Made by a program: the position numbers and the translations under genes
Assembly: GCA_003283025.1 (NCBI GenBank)
Contig: QBYC01000001.1
Coordinates: forward strand, 13,308-77,307
DNA from: Pelagibacteraceae bacterium AG-325-C03
GTDB lineage: Bacteria; Pseudomonadota; Alphaproteobacteria; Pelagibacterales; Pelagibacteraceae
Length of the DNA stretch: 64,000 bases
Reading direction: 5' to 3'
Shown here: piece after piece, positions 58,525 through 64,000 of the stretch
How the letters are laid out: the number at the start of each line of letters is the position of its first letter
Numbering within the stretch: the first letter of the stretch is position 1
The notes under the pieces: model-generated
Seen by the model: only the letters and a program-made list of their open reading frames with translations
The model's database searches: none
What the model was told of the DNA's origin: nothing

Positions 58525-59238
58525 ATGATAGTTAAATTAGCTTTTGCATTTGGTGCAGGTTTTATTAGTTTCTTAACTCCCTGTGTATTACCTATCATTC
58601 CAGGTTATATTTCTTACATTACCGGCAAAAGTTTGAGTGAAATTGACCAAGATAAAAGAATTGTTTTAATTAAAACAATTTTATTTTCATTAGGTTTCTC
58701 ATTAGTTTTTATTATTCTAGGAGCCACAGCTTCAGCTGTTGGGAATATACTTTTATTTCTTTCGAATGAATTAAGAATAGCTGCAGGAATTGTAATTATA
58801 TTATTTTCATTGCAAATGATGGGCATTTTAAACTTAAATTTATTAAACCAAGATAAAAGAATTGAAACTAGAGGATACAAAGATAATTACGCTTTCCCTT
58901 TTATAGTAGGTGCCGCTTTCGCTTTTGGTTGGACACCATGTATAGGACCAGTCTTAGGATCTATCTTAGCATTATCAGCAACTGAGGCTTCAATTAGCAA
59001 AGGGATATTATTACTCTCATTTTATTCATTAGGTTTAGCAATTCCATTTATTTTATCGGGTTATTATATGAGTAACTTTTTAACTACCAGAAAAAGTTTC
59101 AGTAAATATTATGGAACTGTCACCAAAACTGGTGGAGCAATTTTATTAATCACAGGTGTTTTAATTGCAACCAATCAAATTCAAGTTATTAGTTTTTATA
59201 TTTTGACAATCTTTCCGTTCCTAACTACGCTAGGTTAA
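58525..59238 (+). CDS. ccdA: Cytochrome c biogenesis protein CcdA
   Basis: SFLTPCVLP, GWTPCIGP. Confidence 0.93.
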   Translation: MIVKLAFAFGAGFISFLTPCVLPIIPGYISYITGKSLSEIDQDKRIVLIKTILFSLGFSLVFIILGATASAVGNILLFLSNELRIAAGIVIILFSLQMMGILNLNLLNQDKRIETRGYKDNYAFPFIVGAAFAFGWTPCIGPVLGSILALSATEASISKGILLLSFYSLGLAIPFILSGYYMSNFLTTRKSFSKYYGTVTKTGGAILLITGVLIATNQIQVISFYILTIFPFLTTLG

Positions 59239-60140
59239 TGAGAGATATTTCCGTACTAGGTATCTTTGTAGCTGATATAAGTTTTTCTGGTCCTAAAATT
59301 CCTTCAGTAGGTGAAACCATATTAGGTAATAAATATAATGTTGGCCCAGGCGGTAAGGGATGCAATCAAGCAATAGCCATTGCAAGATTAGGAGGAAAAG
59401 TAAATTTTATAAGTAAAATTGGAAAAGACTCTTACGGAGAATTAGCTTTAAACACACTTAAGAAAAATAATATTAATATTGAAAACATAATCCAAGATGA
59501 AAAACTTCAAACAGGTGTTGCCGGTATCTTAGTTGATAAAAACTCTGGGAAAAACGCAATCAATGTAATTGTAGGTGCACCAAGTTCTTTAAAGGTAAGT
59601 GAAATTGAAAAACAAATTAACTTAATAAAAAATTCTAAAATATTCTTAACTCAACTAGAAGTTCCAAAAGATGTTACTTTACATTGCTTAAAAACAGCTA
59701 AAGAAAATGGATGTATTACTATTTTAAATCCTGCACCTGCATCAGAAATTACTAAAGAATTTTTTAGTAAAATTGATTATTTTACTCCTAACGAAACAGA
59801 AGCAGAGTTTTATACTGGAATTAAAATTACGAACAAAAAAGAGGCAAAACAAGCCGCTGAAAAATTATTAAATCTAGGAATTAAAAAAGTAATCATTACA
59901 CTTGGAGAAAAAGGTTTATTTTATAACGATGGAAAAAAGAAAATTTATTTAAAAGCTAACCCAATTAAAGCAATTGATACTACTGGGGCAGGCGATGCGT
60001 TTAATGGAGGTTTAGCTTTTGGACTGTCTAAAGATAAACCAATTATTGAATGTTTGGAGTTAGCAAATAAAGTTGCAGGAATTTCTACTACAAAACTTGG
60101 GGCAGGAGATGCCATGCCTTTTTTAAAAGATATTAATTAA
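59238..60140 (+). CDS. rbsK: Ribokinase (PfkB family)
   Basis: GGKGCNQA, QLE, LNPAP, PNETE, DTTGAGDAF. Confidence 0.9.
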   Translation: MRDISVLGIFVADISFSGPKIPSVGETILGNKYNVGPGGKGCNQAIAIARLGGKVNFISKIGKDSYGELALNTLKKNNINIENIIQDEKLQTGVAGILVDKNSGKNAINVIVGAPSSLKVSEIEKQINLIKNSKIFLTQLEVPKDVTLHCLKTAKENGCITILNPAPASEITKEFFSKIDYFTPNETEAEFYTGIKITNKKEAKQAAEKLLNLGIKKVIITLGEKGLFYNDGKKKIYLKANPIKAIDTTGAGDAFNGGLAFGLSKDKPIIECLELANKVAGISTTKLGAGDAMPFLKDIN

Positions 60141-60391
60141 GCTAGTAATTTATCTAGTTCACCACTTCTATTTGCTTCTTGAAGTTTATCATTTCCACCG
60201 ATGTAATGATCTCCAATGAAAATTTGAGGAATAGTTTTAGCGCCATTAGTTCTTTGTAACATTTCTTTTGCATTTGCGGGGTCTGCCCAAATATCAATCT
60301 CTTCTATTTCAACATTTTTAGTTTTAAGTAATGCTTTTGCAGCTCCACAGTAAGGGCAAGGATTACCTGAATACATGGTTACTTTTTTCAT
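60137..60391 (-). CDS. grxC: Glutaredoxin 3
   Basis: CPYC, TIPQIFIG..YIGG. Confidence 0.93.
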   Translation of the reverse strand: MKKVTMYSGNPCPYCGAAKALLKTKNVEIEEIDIWADPANAKEMLQRTNGAKTIPQIFIGDHYIGGNDKLQEANRSGELDKLLA

Positions 60392-60393
60392 AA

Positions 60394-60690
60394 TTAATAT
60401 ATATCAGCTATTTTTACTTTTTCTCTTAATTTTTTTCTTTCAAGTTTAAATTTTTTACGGTGTTTAATACTTGTATTGTGCACTCTTTTTCTCCAAAGCT
60501 TAAAAGAACTAGGTCTTAAGTTCTTTCTCATGATTTTAATTACATCCGACTCTGTTTTTCTTGTCTTATCTTTTATCTCTTCAAACGTTATACGATCTGC
60601 CCAAGCAGCCCATATAATCCAATTTTCATCCTTTTTTTTTGGTTCAGGATTTTTAACTTTAGTCTGAGGGATAAAACTTTTCTTCTTCAT
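60394..60690 (-). CDS. TIGR03643-like conserved protein
   Basis: AWADRITFEEI, E.DVIKIMR.NLRPSSFKLWRKRV. Confidence 0.8.
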   Translation of the reverse strand: MKKKSFIPQTKVKNPEPKKKDENWIIWAAWADRITFEEIKDKTRKTESDVIKIMRKNLRPSSFKLWRKRVHNTSIKHRKKFKLERKKLREKVKIADIY

Positions 60691-60703
60691 AAATTTATAT
60701 ATA

Positions 60704-61330
60704 GTGATTTCTAAAATGTTTCCAACAGACTATTTAATATTTCTACAGATTATTTTATTTTTATTTATTTCTCCTGGTCCACCCAGAGTAGTAATCGTTT
60801 CACATACTATTAATTATGGTTTAAATAGATCTATTTGGACAGCGTTTGGAGATATCTCTGCAAACATTATTCAAGCTATATTAGTTGTTTTTATAATTGG
60901 TTCTTTTTTAAGCGATAACCCTCAAACACTTTACTACTTAAAATGGGCCGGTATATTTTATATTGCTTATTTAGCTTATGATACATTTACATCAAAAATA
61001 AAAAGTTTAAATGTAAAAGATCAACATTTAAAATCCTCACTATCATTTTATAAAGATGGACTTTTAGTTGCTGGATTAAGCCCAAAAGCAATTTTGTTTT
61101 TTGGAACGATATTCCCAACTTTTTTAAATTTTAGCGCAAATATAATTTCTCAATTTTTAATATTACTTATTACTTACGTTGTTTTAGATTTTTTGACTTT
61201 AATGATTTACGGGTTAGCGGCTAAGAAAATATCTGTTTTGCTTAAAGACAAACCAAAGATTCTAAATACAATCTCAGCGTGTGTACTATTAATTTTAGCA
61301 GTTTACATTGCTGCGACACAGAATTTTTAA
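60704..61330 (+). CDS. LysE/RhtB family translocator
   Basis: SPGP, LKWAG..Y..YL, SPKAILFF; start may instead be 60716. Confidence 0.88.
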   Translation: MISKMFPTDYLIFLQIILFLFISPGPPRVVIVSHTINYGLNRSIWTAFGDISANIIQAILVVFIIGSFLSDNPQTLYYLKWAGIFYIAYLAYDTFTSKIKSLNVKDQHLKSSLSFYKDGLLVAGLSPKAILFFGTIFPTFLNFSANIISQFLILLITYVVLDFLTLMIYGLAAKKISVLLKDKPKILNTISACVLLILAVYIAATQNF

Positions 61331-61406
61331 TTAATCTACCTGTTGTCATTATCCCTATTTCTTGTTTTAATTATTTATTAATTAATTAATTAACAAAGGG
61401 GAAATA

Positions 61407-62648
61407 ATGAATAAATTAGTAAAACTATTTATTACATCTGTTTCAGCTATAACTTTAGCACTTGCTTCCTTCACATCTTCTTTCGCAAAAGTAGAAGGTG
61501 AGTACATTGTGTTAGGTTCTGCAATATCTCTTACAGGTAAATACTCTTCTAATGGTGTTCATACTCAAAATGGTTATAACATGGCCGTTGAAAGAATAAA
61601 CAGTATGGGTGGAGTTGAAGTGCAAGGTAAGAAATATAAGTTTGAAATTATCTATTACGATGATGAGTCAAACCCAAAAAGAGCCGCTCAGTTAGCTGAA
61701 AGACTAATTAAGCAAGACGGCGTTCATTACATGCTTGGACCGTACAGTTCAGGATTAACGAAAGCCATTGCACCAGTAACCGAGAAATATAAAATTCCTA
61801 TGGTTGAAGCAAATGGTGCATCAAGATCTTTATTTACAAAAGGATACAAATATTTGTTTGCGGTGTTATCACCAGCTAACCAATACCTCGAAGTAGCTAT
61901 TGATCTAGCGGTAGAAAAGAATGGTGGAAAGCCAGTACGAATTGCACAAGCATTTGAACAAGATGCATTCTCACAAGACGTGAGATTAGGTATCTTAGAT
62001 GCAGCAAAAAGAACTGGATCTGAAATCATTATCGACGACAAACTACCTAAAGAATTAAATGATATGGCAGCAACATTGGCAAAAGTTAAAGCTACTAAGC
62101 CAGATGTGCTTGTTGTATCAGGTCACACAAAAGGTGCATTAACTGCAATCAGACAAATATCTGAGATGAAAGTTGATGTTCCAATGTTAGCGATGACACA
62201 TTGCGATGCTGCAAAACTTTCTAAACAACACGGAAAGAATTCAGAATTTGCATTGTGTGCTTCCCAGTGGCATAAAAATTTATCTTACAAAGATAATTTT
62301 TTTGGAGGTGGAAAGAAATATGCTAAAGACTTTACAAAAGAATTTGGGTATGACCCACCTTATCAGTCAGCTGAATCATCAGCAGCACTATTAGTATTTA
62401 AAGATGCTTTCGAAAGAGCGAATTCTTTTGATAGAGATGCTGTAAGAGATGCTCTTAAAGACACTGACATGCAAACTTTCTATGGAAACATTAAATTTGG
62501 TCCTGGCGGTCAAAACATTGCTAAGCCAATGATCTTGTTCCAAGTAAGATGTAAAGGTGATGATTGTGAAAATAGAGTTGTAGCGCCAACAAAATGGGCT
62601 TCAGATAAGTTCTATCATCCAATACCTAAGTGGTCAGAAAGAAGCTAA
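61407..62648 (+). CDS. Liv-type ABC transporter substrate-binding protein
   Basis: Signal peptide; SLTG, YDDES, LGPYSS, TFYG.IKF. Confidence 0.9.
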   Translation: MNKLVKLFITSVSAITLALASFTSSFAKVEGEYIVLGSAISLTGKYSSNGVHTQNGYNMAVERINSMGGVEVQGKKYKFEIIYYDDESNPKRAAQLAERLIKQDGVHYMLGPYSSGLTKAIAPVTEKYKIPMVEANGASRSLFTKGYKYLFAVLSPANQYLEVAIDLAVEKNGGKPVRIAQAFEQDAFSQDVRLGILDAAKRTGSEIIIDDKLPKELNDMAATLAKVKATKPDVLVVSGHTKGALTAIRQISEMKVDVPMLAMTHCDAAKLSKQHGKNSEFALCASQWHKNLSYKDNFFGGGKKYAKDFTKEFGYDPPYQSAESSAALLVFKDAFERANSFDRDAVRDALKDTDMQTFYGNIKFGPGGQNIAKPMILFQVRCKGDDCENRVVAPTKWASDKFYHPIPKWSERS

Positions 62649-62669
62649 TAACTTCTGAATAATTTGATT

Positions 62670-62699
62670 AGCCCCTGGTCTTCCAGGGGCTTTTCTTTT
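62670..62699 (+). terminator. Hairpin/terminator between SBP and permease genes
   Basis: AGCCCCTGG-TCTT-CCAGGGGCT followed by TTTCTTTT. Confidence 0.8.
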
Positions 62700-62716
62700 A
62701 TAAATAATTCTCTTTT

Positions 62717-63661
62717 ATGGATTTATTAATATTTCAGGCACCAATCTTAATGGTCCAAGCGTCTTTGGACGGAATTCTTTTAGGTATTTTATTTGCTTTA
62801 ATAGCCTACGGAATGGCTCTTCAGTGGGGAGTGATGAACATAATTAATATTGCACAAGGTGATTTAGTAATTCTTGGTGGCTATATTGCATACACTTTAT
62901 TCATAGGTATTGATTTAACACTCAGATTTAAAGGAATTGAAATACCTATTGTAATTCCACCGATCCATCCCGCATGGGGAGTTATTATATCTCCAATAAT
63001 AATGTATTTTGTTGGCGTTGGTCTTTATAAACTCGTAATAAATAAAGTAGTAGACAGAGATCTTTTCATTTCAATCTTAGCAACTTTTGGAATCGCAATT
63101 GTATTTCAACAGTTAATGAATTTTATTTTTGGAGCTGATGTAGTTGTGGCACAGTCTGAGTATGGAACAACAATGTTATTTGATAATTCAGTAACTCTTC
63201 CAAATTCTAAAATTTTTGCAGCAGTAATAAGTGTTATCTATGCAATTGCATTAGTGATATATATGAAAAAATCTAGACTCGGACGAGCTATTAGAGCAAC
63301 AGCGCAAAATGCTAGAGCTGCTAAAATTTTAGGTGTAGATACCGAAAAAGTGTATGCAGCAACTTTTGGCATTAATGCAGCTTTATGTGGAGTTGCCGGG
63401 GCTTTAATTGCAATCACTCTTACACTTCACCCTTATGTTGGGCTTCCTTATACTGTTAGATCATTCATGATAGTTATTGTTGCAGGTCTTGGCAATTTAC
63501 CAGCGGTAGCAATTTCAGGAATGGGATTAGGACTTTTTGAAGAATTTGCAGATTATATTTTAGGAACAGAATTTAGAATTGGAGCAGTATTTATGCTTCT
63601 AGTTTTCATATTAGTTTACAGAAGATTTAAACTTTCAAAGAAAAGGGAGTATTTAAAATAA
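62717..63661 (+). CDS. Liv-type ABC permease (LivH-like)
   Basis: GVMNIINIAQG, SRLGRAIRA.AQN, VAGLGN. Confidence 0.9.
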   Translation: MDLLIFQAPILMVQASLDGILLGILFALIAYGMALQWGVMNIINIAQGDLVILGGYIAYTLFIGIDLTLRFKGIEIPIVIPPIHPAWGVIISPIIMYFVGVGLYKLVINKVVDRDLFISILATFGIAIVFQQLMNFIFGADVVVAQSEYGTTMLFDNSVTLPNSKIFAAVISVIYAIALVIYMKKSRLGRAIRATAQNARAAKILGVDTEKVYAATFGINAALCGVAGALIAITLTLHPYVGLPYTVRSFMIVIVAGLGNLPAVAISGMGLGLFEEFADYILGTEFRIGAVFMLLVFILVYRRFKLSKKREYLK

Positions 63662-64000
63662 ATGAATGCCATAAAACAAAAAGATCTGATCTTATACTCA
63701 GGCCTAATAATTTTAGGATTGGCAGCGCCTTTCTTATTTTCTGCTTTTAAAGTTCAGCTTACATATCTTTGCGTCTTGATCGTTCTGGCAATGACTTGGA
63801 ATTTACAAGGTGGAGAGATGGGTTACAATTCTTTTGGAAATATTCTTTTCTATGGTTTAGGAATGTATTTAACCGCTTCAGTTCAAGTGGGTATGTTTTT
63901 CCCGTTAGCAGAATGGACAGAAAGTGGTGGAGAAAAAACGTTTGTACATACTACAGCGCAATATTTTCAAGGAATAAGCGTCGGGTTATTAGTTGCAGCT
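63662..64000 (+). CDS. Liv-type ABC permease (LivM-like), 3'-truncated by window edge
   Basis: ATG 63662; LAMTWNLQGGEMGYNSFG...FYGLGMY. Confidence 0.85.
   Translation, partial: MNAIKQKDLILYSGLIILGLAAPFLFSAFKVQLTYLCVLIVLAMTWNLQGGEMGYNSFGNILFYGLGMYLTASVQVGMFFPLAEWTESGGEKTFVHTTAQYFQGISVGLLVAA

Overview
AT-rich, gene-dense alphaproteobacterial DNA, very likely SAR11/Pelagibacterales, judged from the permuted two-piece tmRNA, SAM-V riboswitch, thyX and minimal intergenic spacers. Most of the window is housekeeping: the end of the dcw cluster (murG-murC-murB-ddl-ftsQ-ftsA-lpxC, no ftsZ), bamD, ligA, pepP, uvrD, fumC, thyX, mrp, hflKC-degP-miaA, ilvIHC-leuA, mreBCD-mrdA-rodA-bactofilin, a sulfur/redox block (metY under a tandem SAM-II/SAM-V leader, gshBA, cysE, msrB, ccdA, grxC) and a Liv-type ABC transporter. 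The standout is ~17.9-28.7 kb, directly downstream of the minus-strand ssrA gene. It is an integrase-free array of about 11 small gene cassettes (1-3 genes each, mostly secreted, lipo- or membrane proteins). Each cassette is delimited by a direct copy of the 3' tail of the tmRNA coding piece (GGGGCGTTCTGTTGCCAGGTGCC). Several carry conserved ~100-bp arms with helically phased TGTGATC or CTTCATTG repeats, a built-in promoter and shared signal-peptide modules. This looks like an integron-like, tmRNA-anchored cassette acquisition system. All calls come from reading the sequence by eye; no database searches were run.
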